Assembly (NCBI RefSeq): GCF_009914755.1
Contig: NC_060931.1
Reading direction: 5' to 3' (one strand)
Source of the DNA: the human T2T-CHM13v2.0 reference genome, Homo sapiens
Length of the DNA: 64,000 nt
Shown here: in pieces, positions 38,620-54,809 of the stretch
Layout of the letters: each line of letters opens with the position of its first letter
Position numbering within the stretch: the first letter of the stretch is position 1
The notes under the pieces: model-generated
Databases searched by the model: none
What the model saw: the letters and a program-made list of their open reading frames with translations, nothing else
Told to the model about the DNA's origin: nothing
Program-made: the position numbers and the translations under genes

Positions 38620-39866
38620 CCCTCCCTGCCTTTCCTGGTTTCTCTTGACTACACACAATGGCAAAGCAAAAATGGAAAACTTGAAAAAAAAACTTGACAG
38701 CATTTCTATGATTCAGCTGGCAATTTGCTACAGTATCCAGGGAGACAGCTTCTCACATACATTAGCATAATGTGAAATGGCAGCTAGAACCAGAATTTAC
38801 TGTCTAAGCAACTCAGCCTGAACAGTCATTGACGACAATGCAATTTAAAGGAAAGCCAAATATTAGGCGTAAGTGACTGATACAGCCCTGAAACCTCTTC
38901 ATTTTAAACATATGTGGTCCAGTTTGTTCCTTCATTTTTACTCCGTATTCTTGGGGCAGTTGGCTGGGACTCAGGGTTAACAAAGGAAGATATTGTGGCT
39001 AGTTCAGACCCAATATAGCATTCAGCCAGCATCAGCTCACTCTAGGCCTTTACCACCAAAATGCATTTTCTTTCCCTTTTGATTTTTTTTGAGGCTTTCC
39101 ATTTCCACTGGTATCCAAATGCTGACATTTCTTCTTCCTGTATTTTCCCCATGAGCCTTGACAGAAGAATGTACCTCCTTGCTTCCCAGTTATCTGGACA
39201 CTAAACCACTGCAGATAGCAGCACAATCTTGAAAAGGAGCTTTGTTTCTAAGCGGAGGGGCCCAGCAAGTGGAGGGAAGACATCCTTACAGGGGTGTGAT
39301 TCCTGAGGATTTCAGACGTTGTTGTGGCTGACACTCTTACTGACCTCTGGCTTCCCTGAGCATTCCTCTGGCTCCTTTTTCCTCTTTCTTCTGCCTATAT
39401 AATTTCTTCTCTTGGGCTGAGGACCAGGCTCAGTGGAATAGTGGCGATAACATTTTCCAGGCTGATGGGATACATGGGCACAGGTGGCAGTTTCCCAGGT
39501 ACAGTCTTCCACTTGATATTGCTTCCAATTCACCACCTACCATTGCTATTTATGCCAGACTTAGAAATCCCAAATAACCCAGAGATAGGACCTCTCCCAT
39601 ATTGTACATGGAGGTCAGAGGACAGAGTGAAGGCTGGGGTAGGGGAAAGGTCTGTCTGTATACATTAATTCAGGGAGTGTTGATCATTGAGACTACACAA
39701 GGACTTGCAAGTGAAGGCAGAGTAACAATTTTATGCTTTGAGGTTTGCCTTATGATGACGACAGGGGATGGCCCAAGGATGTGGTTGTTCAGTTTCCTGG
39801 AAACTTCCTGGTACATACTGGAATCTGGCTGCTCATCTGCAGGGATTTTCCCAGTGGCCTCTGCAA

Positions 39867-40470
39867 TGTTAGAGGAACAGCCCGCAAGACTGCCCTCATC
39901 TCTGACACCAATTGTAGATTCAGAGGTCCCCAGGACCACTTTTACTTTCCATAGTTCTGTAGAAGGATGCATAGAATGTACCAAAAGTGTTTATTACATG
40001 GTACAGTTTATTACAGTTGAATAATACAGATTAAAATTAGCCAAGGGAAATGGCACATAGGGAAGAATTCAGGAAAATTCCAAATGTGGAGCTTCTGTTG
40101 TCCTCTCCCCTTGGAGTCATGGAGAGTGGTACTTTCTTGGCATCAACATGACAGTATACACGGAGCATTGCCAACCAGGGAACACACCTGAGCCTAGGCA
40201 TTCAGATATTTTGGTGGGGGGCTCCATCACATAAGTAGGGTTCATTCCAGTCTCCAGTCCAATCTTCAGCTGGAGGTTGAGCTGACTCAGCAAGACCCAA
40301 AGCCCTCACTGTGTCACATTGTCACATCATACTAACTGCATGACCCAAGGTCCTAGGCAAACCAAGACACTGCTCTCAGGACTTTACATTTCAAGGCCTT
40401 AGAGACGACCTCCCAGAAGCCAAGGGCAAAGGCCAGACTCTCTTTGGGCAAGGTTAATTCTTTACTACAC
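39867..40470 (-). mobile_element. MER77-like (MER21 group) ERVL LTR
   Basis: caagactgccctcatctctgacaccaattg..cctcccagaagccaagggcaaaggccagactctctttgggcaaggttaattctttactacaca. Confidence 0.8.
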
Positions 40471-40999
40471 AGTCTATCTTTGTTTGCCTGTATCTTCTTT
40501 GGGACTTCCCATGCCAGATGCAGAAATGTGTTCCGTTGTGGTAGGGTGTTCTGGAGCTGTAGGAGGCAGTTGGCAGTCATGGAAATGGAGGTGAGAGAAC
40601 CACAGATGAGGGAGGGGGGTGAGGAAGTGACTGTAGCTGGCAAGGAAGGGATCCGCTATGAAGAAGTGTGCTGAAAGCTTATGTATGAATAGAGTGGGAG
40701 ACATGAAACCCAGTGGATTTGTTGGTAAGTGAAATACTGTTCTAGGTTGTGATTTACTCTTTCATTTTGTCCATCAGGTGGGTATTACACCAAGGATAAA
40801 TATATCTTAACCTTCAGGACTGAGAGCTAGTCTTGCCAAAAAGGCAAGATGAATTAAGGTCACAGTTGGAAATAACTTGCTCTGGAGTCAATGGAGGTTT
40901 TGTTTTTGTTGTACATCCATATAGGCAGTAGAGATACCAAGTTGCATGGGAGGAAATGGACTGTGTTTTGCGAGCATGTCAATAGTAATGACTATTATA

Positions 41000-41240
41000 A
41001 TGATAAATAATAAAGGCTGCCATTTATAGAGTGCTTCCAAGTGCCAAGCACTGTTACATTATTTACCAACATTATCACATTTAATTATTTGAATATCACT
41101 AATGGGGGAGATATTATTCTCTGAGTTTTATAAGTGTGAAAATTAAGCTTTTGAGTGGTCAGTTAGCTTAAAGACTCACAGGTGACAAAGCCAGGATTCA
41201 AACCCAGGTCTTTCTGACTTTAGTGTCTATACTCAACCTG
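41000..41240 (-). mobile_element. MIR
   Basis: gccatttatagagtgcttccaagtgccaagcactg..gacaaagccaggattcaaacccaggtc. Confidence 0.75.
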
Positions 41241-44200
41241 TTACAAGTCCCCATGATGGACATGGTTAACAGGGCTTCGCAGGTAGAGATAAACCTCTGG
41301 TTTCCTGGTTTGGTCTTTCATGTGTTTATTTCAAAAGTGGCTTCAAAAGACTGTATCTGCTAAGACTGAGGCTGGGTGCACCAAGAGCCTCAGTGGTGAA
41401 AGGCTTTGAATGGGGCCATGATGATGGGGTGGGGTGGGAGAGGGCTGAGTTTCATGGCTTCAGGACTGTGGTGCAGACTTTACCTCAAGGGACTCCCTGG
41501 CTCACAGGGTGAGGTTGCATGTTCATGCCTGTTCATCTACACCAGGAAGGAGATGGTTTATATTTGCTCCTGGTAGAAGGGATCTTTCTGGGGTGGGACT
41601 CACAGATTAAGAATATAAAAAACAGAGATAGGAATAGGCAGTGTTGGAATTCTCTAAGGGTATCTTATTTATTGTTCTGTCTCCAGCATCTAGCATAGTA
41701 CGTGGCACCCTGGAGAAGGTTAGTGAATATTGCTGGATAACCAAGTGGGTAGATACACAAGGCAGTTAGGTGGGGCACGTCTCTTTTGGGATTGGGTTGG
41801 ATGAAGAACAAAGAAGCAGAATCAGCTTTTCCACCACCAGGTACATTTTCAAAAGGCTCCCAAGTACTTTCAAAATAACACTTGACATTTGTAGTTTAAG
41901 GTAAACTGTATAGTTTAAGGTGCTCTCATGTACTTCCTTGGTGAGTTGCTGAAGGCCACGTAACTCATAGAGAACCGAGATCTTGGTTATTTGGAGAGGC
42001 ATTGTGACAAAAGGTCTGGGTTTCCCCAGCTGAAGGCTCTTTACTAGTTGGGCTGGAGCTCACCCTCATTCATCAGCCTTGGATGTGGTGCCTGACTGAG
42101 GGATCAGAGTCCCCTGTGAGCTTGTCCTGAGTGTGGAATTCCTCCTGCTTCATCATCTAGCCCATTCTGGAGCACATCAGCTCTTCTGGCATCAGAGACC
42201 TTAACTCAGAGGCTGTTTAGGGACTAGGAGAGACAATGTCTCTTAAATACCCTCTTAAATGCCTTAAGAAAAATACTGATATTTGAAGCTCCAAAGCCTT
42301 GAGCAGCCCCTCTTCTGGTGCAACTCATTGGGACTTCCCTCTGTGGGGGAGAATCATTGCATTCATCTTCCAGGTGCCTTCAGAAGCCACCTGGACCATG
42401 ATTAGTAACTGCCTTGCTAACTGGCCAAGGCATGCCTGAGGTTGGACACCTCACCCCAGTGACCCTGGAATGTTGAGTAGAGAGAGAAGCCTCATTTCTG
42501 GTGCCCATCAGTTATCTGTTAGTAACTCAGAATCCTGAGTGTAACTGCTTTCTCAACAGATGTTGTACACTCTGAGCTGTTTGTTCTGGAAAACCCTGTG
42601 TCAATGGAGCATTCCCGGTGGGTTCAGTTCTGCATACTCCCTACCTCAGGAGGAGTAACAAAGGTGTGGTTCCTGCAGGCTTTTGGCTTAAGGAAGTCTG
42701 TGAGAGTCTTCCGGTGGGCTAGGGGCTGCCTCTGGACATCTTGAGCAAGTCTCAGCCACACATGTTGCAGCTTCTCTGCGAGCCATTGGTGCCTTTAGTC
42801 TCAGGGGGACTCAGGACTAAGGATGACTTGTGTAACGCTAAGGCATGAAAAGGGAGTTATTATTTACAGGACATTTTTCAGAAATACCGCATTGCTGTTG
42901 ATTGATGATGAAGTTGTTACTCACATGGGAAACTTATTTATTAACTGAGATAGGAGAGGACAACCAGACCTGAGTTAGGGAGCATTTTTCAATGCTCTTA
43001 CTACAGTTGAATTTTCTGAAGATGTGGCTGGCCCAGATTGTTTCCTGAGAGCTGTCCACAAGCCCACAGGGCCTGCCTCTCATTTCTCTGAAATGAGGCA
43101 ATCCTTCTGGAGGCTTTGCCCTTGGCCAGGGTGACAGTAGTAGGTTAGCAGGTGTGTCACCTGCCCTTTCCTGCTACCTGAAGAGGTGAGTATGGAGCAG
43201 GATGAATGTGACAACACACAGCATCCTCCCATGACAGCCGATCTACAGCTAAAAGCTTGTTGGCCCAGGAGAATTCAGCCAACAAGCGAAGCTCTGTAAC
43301 CTTTCTTGGTTCTGTCTCCTGGTTTCTGGGTCCTCTACGTACCTCAAATTTCTATGGTTAATGGGTTTTCCTGTCTGTCCTGACAAGGCCTTAAATAATT
43401 GTTAAATTCGTTCTCACTAAAGTAGTAGGAGCTTGAGTGAGTCCTACCTAGAGTACAGCTTTTGTTTTTTTAGAGAGAACTGAAAAGAGAGGACATTGCC
43501 TAATTTAAAACAAGGCCCAGCCAGTAGTGGGTTTGGAGGCCTTGGTAACGGAGAAGATATTGGAGGGTGACCCTCATTAGCTCATCATATTGTCGGCTCC
43601 CCTCAGCCTCCTCTTCCTCTGCATTAGGTTGGCCATGGCTTTGACCCAACATCCTCCAGGGCCCAGGCTTGGATGTGGGCATCCCCAGTTATGGACTGAC
43701 ATCAAGCATCAGGCTGGAAAACCAAGCCATGTCTGCAGAGATGCAGGAGTGGCTACCAAGCCTTGTGTGCTTCAGGCTTCACCGGCACTGCTACAGTCTT
43801 CTCTAGGCTTTTCCAGCTTTCTTGCTTCAGCACTTGGGACATTTTTATATTTAATTTATGATATATCCTTGTCTAGAGCAGCTTTCCTTTAAATGCCTGT
43901 GAAGGGCTCTGCTGGCCTGATTCTCTACTCCTCATCATATAATTGGGGGATGGGGCAAAAGAGGGCCAGGCTGATAACCATTTCCTCCTCAGAACATAGC
44001 AGGTGCCTGCACTTAGCAGATGTTCCTTAAGTATTCTCGAAGTTTACCCTGAAAGTCAGTGTTGGAGCTGATAAAGAGGCACGAGCCTGATTCCAGCCCA
44101 TTTGTGGCTCTGTCTCCCATGCCACTCTGCTTATATAGACTTACAGAATTACATTGAGCCCATGCAAGCATTCTACAAAATGTTCATGGAAAATGCATAT

Positions 44201-44352
44201 TATGAAAAAACTATGCAATGGATTTCTAATTTTGTTTTTTTTGCACCAAAATAAACTCGCACTAACTTGCAATAACATGTCTGATCAGGACCCAGTTTGA
44301 AGCACTAAGAAGGATAAGACATTAGTTTGAAAAAAGTCCCTGTCAGAGCAAC

Positions 44353-45693
<1,341 letters not shown>

Positions 45694-45837
45694 AGCTTAT
45701 ATTTTTTATTTTTATCTTTTAATCTTTTTTCCATGAATTTTTGGAGTCTTGTGTTTCTCATTTATCAACAGTATGAAATGCAGTGACTGGCTAGACATTC
45801 ATGACAGGACAGATTTCCCTAGATATTGATGACTTTA

Positions 45838-46460
<623 letters not shown>

Positions 46461-46465
46461 TGTAG

Positions 46466-46524
46466 GTGGCACAATCTTGGCTCACCGCAGCCTCTGCCTC
46501 CTGGGTTCAAGCAATTCTCCTGCC
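46466..46524 (-). mobile_element. Isolated 59-bp Alu right-arm fragment
   Basis: gtggcacaatcttggctcaccgcagcctctgcctcctgggttcaagcaattctcctgcc with no tail or left arm. Confidence 0.85.
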
Positions 46525-47829
46525 GAGGGACAATAAGAAGCTGACATTCGGGAATTTTCTTTGGGTAGGTTCTCTCAATCCTAAAGATTCATGTAATGTA
46601 GTAATAAGTGTATTCAGCCACCTTTTAACATTATTTCTGGTTGTGAAATGTGTTCACCAAGAGTTGTTTCACTACCTTGAATGATTGTTTTGTTGCTATT
46701 CTTTCCAGTCTTGCTAAAGCATCATTTCTAATTAAAATATAGGCTTTTTAAAAACACTATAGGATTCGAGTTGAGGTTTAATCAAAAGGATACAAAGAAA
46801 GATAAATTCTCTTCACAAGCCTCCAGAAACTGAAGCATAGCTCTTGCTAGCCTTCGCTGCTAAATGTTGTCATGTCCTTAGTAACGATGTCGTTATCTCT
46901 CTAGTATCAGAAAAGAAAATGCCACTGCACTTTGGCCACTGAGCTAGCTTGCTTAGCCCAGGTGTGTAAGAATGTTTCCATCAGTCAGCCTCTTTTGTCT
47001 CTCCTGTGCCTTCCCAAGCCTCCTGGTTCTTTTCACTTCTGTACATTTCTGCTGTACCATCTTCAACATTGTGGATGGTAGTACTAGCTGACAGGCAGGT
47101 ACATTGCAGGCCTTCTCATTCCCAAGTCCTCTAAGCCAGGTATGTTCAATATGGGCTCTAGAAGTCTCCCCTGGGACTTCAAAGGGACAATCGATTGTCT
47201 CCTCCATTTATCTGTTGCCCTGAGTAACAGAGGAGTCCCTACCCCAGCAATGGCTCCTGGGTGAGACATGCAGCTGTATCTGGTTCCAGTGAGTATTGTT
47301 CCTTCATCCATTTCCTGAGAGGCTGGAGTTGGGGTGGCAGGAGGCCTGCTTCAAAATCTCTCCATGTCCCAAGCATTGTAGCAAGTACTCTCAGTCATCT
47401 CTGCCTTCAGTAAACTCTCATTTCCTGTGGTTTCCTGAGGGGAAGGAATGAGGGGGCAAAGATTGTAAGGCACCATCCCCAAGTATTTCCCTGAGTTGGT
47501 TTCCTTCTGACTTTCCTCTTAGGAGCTTTTTGGTCTAAAGAGTGTAACTGGTGTAGGAGCTGGGCAAGGGTGAATGGACTCCATTTCTCATGCTCATCAT
47601 GAGATGGGCCCCAGTGCATAGGAAGAGTCTGCTGGTATTGATCGTGGTCCCTTTTCCTGAATCACTCCCTTACATTCATTTTCATGAAAGGCACCATGGA
47701 GCTTCATGACCCATTTCCTCTCTCTGGTCATTAGTTGCTGTTTCAAAACAAAATCCTTCTGTCATTGATCTTGGCTCCAGCGTTGAGCTCAACTCAAGGG
47801 TTGCCTGCGCTCTTTCACAATCTGGCAAG

Positions 47830-48050
47830 TGTAACAATACTGAACATTGACTGCGGGCTTTCCCTTAGTTCCAAGTATGGTGCTGCCTAGTGCTTCACTT
47901 GTATCATCTCCTCTATTCTCCATGACAATCCTGTGAGGCAGGTTCCTCTAGTATCTCTCTTTTACCATGAGAAAATGGCAGCTCAGAAAGGTCAAACTTG
48001 CCTATGGTCACACAGCTTGTAAGTATCAGCATTTAAACTTGCATTTCCAC
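47830..48050 (-). mobile_element. MIR
   Basis: acaatcctgtgaggcagg..atgagaaaatggcagctcagaaaggtcaaacttgcctatggtcacacagc. Confidence 0.7.
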
Positions 48051-48903
48051 CTTCAGATCTGCCCTATTGTGCCTCATCTTCATGTCCTTGCACATATTGT
48101 CCCATTGCTTGGGCCTCCTTCTCTCCATGCTTCAGTGCTCAGTTCAAGTCCTACCCCCTCTTTGGACATCCCAGACAGAAGTGATCTCTTCTATGGACTC
48201 ATATAGCTCAGGTAGCACAAACTGCTTACCATTCACTGCCTTATGCTATAGTTCATTTTCATGCCTCTGCTTACCAGTTGAGTGGCACATTTTCTGAGGG
48301 CAATTCCTAATGCATTTCCCATCCCCTGCAGTGGTTAGCATACATTCCCACATAGTGTTATGTTTGACAAATCCTGGTTGTTGATTATGTTACTTTAAAT
48401 TTGGGCCATTACCTGTGAAGGCAGGAATGCATCTCACTGAATTGATATCGTGCAAAGCAATTTGAGAATTTTACTAGCATAATTCACTTTTCCAATCCCC
48501 CTTATTTAAGAAATAATCTGGTTCTAAAACAAGGAATAATATATGGCTATTTCCATGAAATGATTCACTGAAAACAAGAAAAATGGTTTAAACCTTCTAA
48601 AGTTAAATCTACAAATAACATTCAGTGTCAACTATGCTGTTTCCCTGCCAAAAAACAAAACCTCCATTTTGAAATGTAACTGTTGGGTCATTCCACCAGA
48701 GGTCCTGAGAGCCCCAGTGCTGGGAATTATATCTGTAGGCACAACCTCTTTCCTGCCCACAAATCCAGAGATTCTGAGAGCTCCCCTCTGCACATCAGCC
48801 CGTGGGCTGCCCTTGCCATCCACCCTGAGCAGTGTAGGCACTGCTTCTCATTGCTGCTTTTAAACATGACTTGCGGACAAGATAACAGCAGCAACTTGAT
48901 TTT

Positions 48904-49551
48904 CAGCCATTGTGGAGAACAGCATGAAGGTTCCTCAAAAAATTAAAAATAGACCTACCGTTCTATCTAGCAATCATCTTCTGGGTGTGTATCTAAAGGA
49001 ACTGAAATTAGTCTGTCAAAGAGATATCCACACTTCCATTTTTATTACAGTATTATTCACACTAGCCGAGATATGGAATCAACCTCTGTCCATCAATGCA
49101 TGAATAAAGAAAATGTAACATATGCGCACATATATACACACCATGGAATATTATTTAGCCATAAAAGGAAGGAAATTCTGCTGTTTGCAACAACATGTAT
49201 AAACGTGGAGAACATATGCTAGGTAAAATAAGCCAGACAAAGAAAGACAAATACTGCATGATCTTATGTATATGTGGAATCTAAAAAAATCAAACTCGTG
49301 GAAGCAGAGTAGTAGAATGATGGTCACCAGAGGCTGGGAGTGGGAGAATGGGGAGATGTTGATCAAAGAGTGCAAACTTTCACTTATAAGATGAACAAGT
49401 TCTGGGGAGCTCATATACAGCATAAGTGGTAATGGATGTGTTCATTAATTTGGTTGTGATCATTATTACAGAATGTCTACATGTATCAAATTATCACATT
49501 GTGCCCTTTAAATATGTTCCATCTTTATTCATCAATTAAATATTTAAAAAA
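48904..49551 (+). mobile_element. L1MA (L1MA9/10-like) 3' end
   Basis: cagccattgtggagaacagcatgaaggttcctcaaaaaattaaaaatag..tataagatgaacaagttctgg..tcaattaaatattt. Confidence 0.88.
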
Positions 49552-49799
49552 TGCTACAGAAACAAAATGTTAAACCCTGAGGGTCCTTGGAATATAAGAA
49601 GCGAGTGAGAAATGGAGCCATTTTTGAAGAAACATTAAGGCACAGATATGATGCCAAACTAAGATATAATTATAAAACCAAACCAAAGCATTGCATTCTA
49701 CAACGAATAGAATAGTGATTATTAATCATCTAAGCAGATACTATTTCAGAAAATTGACCAGTAATTATGACTGCGGAGAGAGTGTGCCCTTGTATTTAT

Positions 49800-50440
49800 T
49801 CTCTCATTGCCTCCAGTTATAAGCAGGTCTGCCAGCATTTCCCTTGCCCGAGGCTCTCACTGCTCTCACCATCTCCATACAGGCACTAGCAATGCCCGTT
49901 TCTTTATCTACAGTACCACTTTTGGTCCTGATCTCTGGACTTCTAGTTCCCACTGCCTGTTGGGCATGTGGACATATGTTTGGATGTAATAGGTTTCTCA
50001 AACTCAACAACTAGTCTCTAAAGATGACTTACATCTCCTACTCCTAGGTTTCTTCCTCACTGAGCCCCATCCATACCACTTGGTGGTGGTTTCTTCGGCA
50101 AACCAACTGCTGCCTCTGCCCCTCTACATTTGCTCTTCAGCAAACTGAATACTTAGAACACTTTCCCCAGATATCATAATGACTTTTTCAGAACTCTGCT
50201 CAAATGTCACGTCTTTAGAGAGCTTTTCTATGCCACTCCTCTTCTGAAAGTAGTTCCCATTCACTCCCCCGCCTTACTTTTTCTTCCTTGCACTTGTTAC
50301 CACCTGACATTATAAATGGCTTTGTTTTTTGTCCATCTCTCCCACCAAAATATAAATTCAACCAGGCCAAAATCTTTGTTTTATTCAGTCTTATGCCAGG
50401 CACATAAGTTGGTGCTCAACAAATTTTTATTAAATGACTT
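49800..50440 (+). mobile_element. L2a fragments
   Basis: ttggatgtaataggtttctcaaactcaac; tctgctcaaatgtcac; ccaggcacataagttggtgctcaacaaattt. Confidence 0.7.
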
Positions 50441-51154
50441 AATTAACTTATAATATTTCTTCCCATTCCAGACCCCTCCTCTGTGTGTGTTCTGGTTCTA
50501 TTAGCAGCATATTCGTCTATCCAACAACTCACTTGCTGCAAAAATTTGGATTTCATAGGTTCTGACTCTCTATCGTAAATCACTCCTGGAAATGTTTGAT
50601 TGTATACCTGGGCCTGGGGCTGAAGCAAGAGTGCAAATGGAATCCAAAGAAGGCCCACCCCCTTCTTTTTCTATTCCGGCTCTGTTCCATTCCAGGAGGG
50701 TCCTCACTTCCACAGGTATGGCAACCCAATCTGCAGGTCCAAGCTCTGTCCATGCCCAAATCCATGCCCTCAAGGGAAGAAACATGAAGAATAGGCTGTT
50801 TCTTTGGACAGAGAATTCCAAAGTCCTGGACACTTGGAGTTTGTGATCTAGAAGGAGGGCGGAGGGTGAGGTCTGCATGGGAACATCCCTTTGGCCCCTG
50901 GGCAAAGGCACAGCTGGAGGAGGGCCAAATCAGGGCCTTCTAAAAAGCAGGGACCAAGGAGGCAGCTCTGTTGCCCTGGTCTAATGGCAGCGCTGCCTGG
51001 GATGAAACCCAGACTCCAACCAAGGGTGGATGGAACCAAACGAGTGAAGTCCCAAAAACATGTGCCTTCCCTCCGCTGCCTAAAAACCGAAGATTTAAGT
51101 TTTATCTCTCAAGAGCTAGCAATGTGGAGGTTTAGAAAAGGAAACTTAGATAAA

Positions 51155-51340
51155 AATACTATCAGAAAACTGGACTTTATCAAAATGTAAAGCTTTGGTT
51201 CTCTGGAAGACACTAAGAGAGTGGAAAGACAAGCCAAAGACTGGGAGAACTATTTGCAAATCACATATCTGATGAAGGATTTGTATTCAAGATACTCAAA
51301 ACTCAATAAAATTAACGAACCATCCAACAACAACAACAAA
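51155..51340 (+). mobile_element. L1M ORF2 3' fragment
   Basis: aaaactggactttatcaaaat..aagacaagccaaagactgggagaactatttgcaaatcacatatctgatgaagg. Confidence 0.75.
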
Positions 51341-52399
51341 AGTTCCTATGCCCAGCACTGTCTTGGGAACTGGGAAGAGTCCCAGCAAGGCTCTACCCAA
51401 GTGTAGTACCTCTCCTAAGAAAAGACAAAATCAAAGTCATATTTGAGTCAGTAAAGTACTTATAGCTGCAGTTTTTATGAATGTATACAACGGGGTATCC
51501 AGATGACTTTGTGATAGTGAGATGTTGAAAACTGTGTAGTTTGCCTTGTAACACCCCACTCATCTGCAGGAGCTTCAGATGAAAGGGCACTGATGTCCAG
51601 CCTCTCCTATAAGATAGTTGGCAATAATCCTTTGAACCCTGTAGGGGAAGGATGGGAGCACCACCCTTCAGCATCCAGAGGGGGTGCTCATGGGTGAGTT
51701 TCACTGAAGGATTGTTAGTATCTGAAAGCAGGATAAAGAAGTTGCAAACCTCTCTGCTTACCTTGCTCATAATGTAAATAGCTCAATCAAGGTGCCTTCT
51801 GGATATAAGACTATGCTTTCTTTAATTTCATTATAAGGTTCATGGAAAAATGGCAATATATACAGTCCAAGGAAAGCACTTCTATACATAATTATTTGTT
51901 GTACAGAATTCATTATCACTTAATCAATGACAGACTGTTTCTCAAGGCCATTGGCTGGAGCCTGGAAGCATCATTGCTGCAGAGAACAATGATTTGTGAA
52001 GATTCAGAGGCTCCTCGTGCTACAATGGATGTGTTCATGGAGAGCTGCATGTTAAGTACATATGGGCACATCTGATCATATTTTATAAAAATAAATCCAT
52101 GACAACTTTTATAGAGGGAATCCCATTTTAAAGTAAAGGATGATTCTTCCTCTGTTTTGATTAACCTCAGTGCTCACCAGTTTGCTCCAGATGTTTTTCC
52201 TGAGTATTAGAAAGGCTGAGGGGACATGGGGAAAATGCAGTGGGTTGGGGCTCATGGAAACAGTGAGTTTTGAGATGGCAGTGATGGGAACTGAGGAAGG
52301 GAGGGTCATAGAGAGCCGGGTGTGCCTGGGTGACAGCAGGCTGCCTTGGGCACATCCAGTGAGTCCTGTGGAAACAAGCATGAGTCAGAGCTGGAAATA

Positions 52400-53831
52400 C
52401 ACTCATGCATCGCTGAACGACGGGGATATACTCAGAGAAATGAGTTTGTATTAGTCTGTTCTCATGTTGCTAATAAAGACATACCTGAGACTGGGTAATT
52501 TATAAAGGAAAGAGGTTTAATTGACTCATAGTTCTGCATGGATGGGGAGGCCTCAGGAAACTTACAGTTATGGCAGAAGGGGAAGCAAACAAGTCCTTCT
52601 TCACATGGTGGCAGCAAGGAGAAGTACTGAGCAAAAGGGGGAAAAGTCCCTTATAAAACCATCAGATCTCATGAGAACTCGCTCACTATCATGAGAGCAG
52701 CAGCATGGGGGTAGCTGCCCCCATGCTTCAATTACCTCCCACCAGGTCCCTCCCATGACACGTGGGGATCATGGGAACTACAATTCAAGATGAGATTTGG
52801 GTGGGGACACAGCCAAACCATATCAGTGTTGTTAGGTGATTTTGCCGTTATGCAAATACCATAGAACATACTTAACACAATCTGGATGGTAGAGCCTACT
52901 TACTATACACCTAGGCTATACAGCATAGCCTGTTGCTGCTAGGCTACAAACCTGTACAGCATGTGGCTGTACTGAATATGGTAGGCAACTGTAACACAAT
53001 AGTATTCGTGTATTTAAACAATGTAAACATAGAAATAGTACAGTAAAAACATGGTGTAAAAGATAAAAATGCTATACCTGTATAGGGCACTTATCGTGAA
53101 TGGAGCTTGCAGAACTGGAAGTTGCTCTGGGTGAGTCAGTGAGTGAGTGGTGAGTGAATGTGAAGGCCCAGGACATTACTGTACACTGTTGTAGACTTTA
53201 TAAGCACTGCACACTTGGGCTACACTAAATTTATAAAATATATTTTTCTTTCTTCAATAATCAACTTTACTGTATAAAGCTTTTAATTTTTAAAAACTTT
53301 TTGACTGTTTTGTAATAACACTAGCTTAAAACACCAACACATTATACAGCTGTATAAAATATTTTCTTTCTTTGTATCCTTATTCTATAAGCTTTATTTT
53401 CTATTTGTAAAATATTTTATTTCATTTATTTTTTACTTTTTAAACTTCTTTGTTAAAAACAAAGATACACATACATTAGCCTAGGCCTGCATAGGGTTGG
53501 GATCATCAATCTCGCTGTCTTCCACCTCCGCATCTTGTCCCACTGGAAGGTCTTCAGGGGCAATGGCACACAGGGAGCTGTCATTTCCTAGGATAACAAT
53601 GCCTTCCTCTGGAATCCCTCCTGAAGGACCTGCCTGAGGCTCTTTTACAGTTAACTTTGTTTTCAAAAAATATATATAAGTAGAAGGAGTACATGCTAAA
53701 ATAACAGTAAAAAGTATAGTATAGTAAATACTAGATGACAGGAATTTTTCAGCTCTATTGTAAACTCTTGGGACCACTGTCATATACGTGGCTCACTGTT
53801 GGCTGAAATGTCGTTTTGCAGCTCGTGACTG
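52400..53831 (+). mobile_element. Tigger3b-like DNA transposon split by a THE1 LTR
   Basis: TA|cactcatgcatcgctgaacgacggggata..; ..tgggaccactgtcatatacgtgg..gaaatgtcgttttgcagctcgtgactg. Confidence 0.9.
52447..52825 (-). mobile_element. THE1C-like solo LTR
   Basis: tgtattagtctgttctc..gggacacagccaaaccatatca; 5-bp TSD gagtt/gtgtt (4 of 5). Confidence 0.93.
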
Positions 53832-54415
53832 TGTGTATGTATGGAGGGGCAGCTGACCTAAGTCTTCAGGTGCTTGCCCCTGGGACTTAGATGTGATTCA
53901 TCAAATGTTGAGAGTCCTGGGCAAAAGGATATTAGGGTAAAAATGAATCTTAATGAACCAGCATATATATATTGAATATCTGCTGAATGTTACCATGCTG
54001 AACATTTACACTTATTCCTAACATAAAAGTATACAACATTCCATCTCATGGACCTTATAATCTTGTTGGAGAGATAAGATATGAAGATATGAAGAGTCAG
54101 ATAAGAGCAGAAGACACTAACTTTGGAGACTAATAACAATAAATACAACAGGGCTAAATGTTAGAGAATTCTTCTTAGATTTAAAATACCAATGAAGAAA
54201 TTCAGAATTGGGAATATCTAAGAATTTTAGATGACTACAGTCTCATAGATGTCGGCAGTGGGAAATAGCTTCCAGAAAGGAAATATACACAATCTCAAGC
54301 TTCAGAATGAAGGCTTTGTTCCCAGGGAAAGAGGGCCGAGGGGCCTTGGCATTCTGCATAGCTAAGCCCCTCTGGTGCATGGCTTGTGCATGGGCATGAC
54401 ATCAAAAGATTGCAG

Positions 54416-54809
<394 letters not shown>

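Noticed and set aside
51560-51600. cagatgaaagggcactga resembles the 8q24 rs6983267 TCF site context
   Set aside because: Only a short partial match; the flanks differ from the sequence I recall
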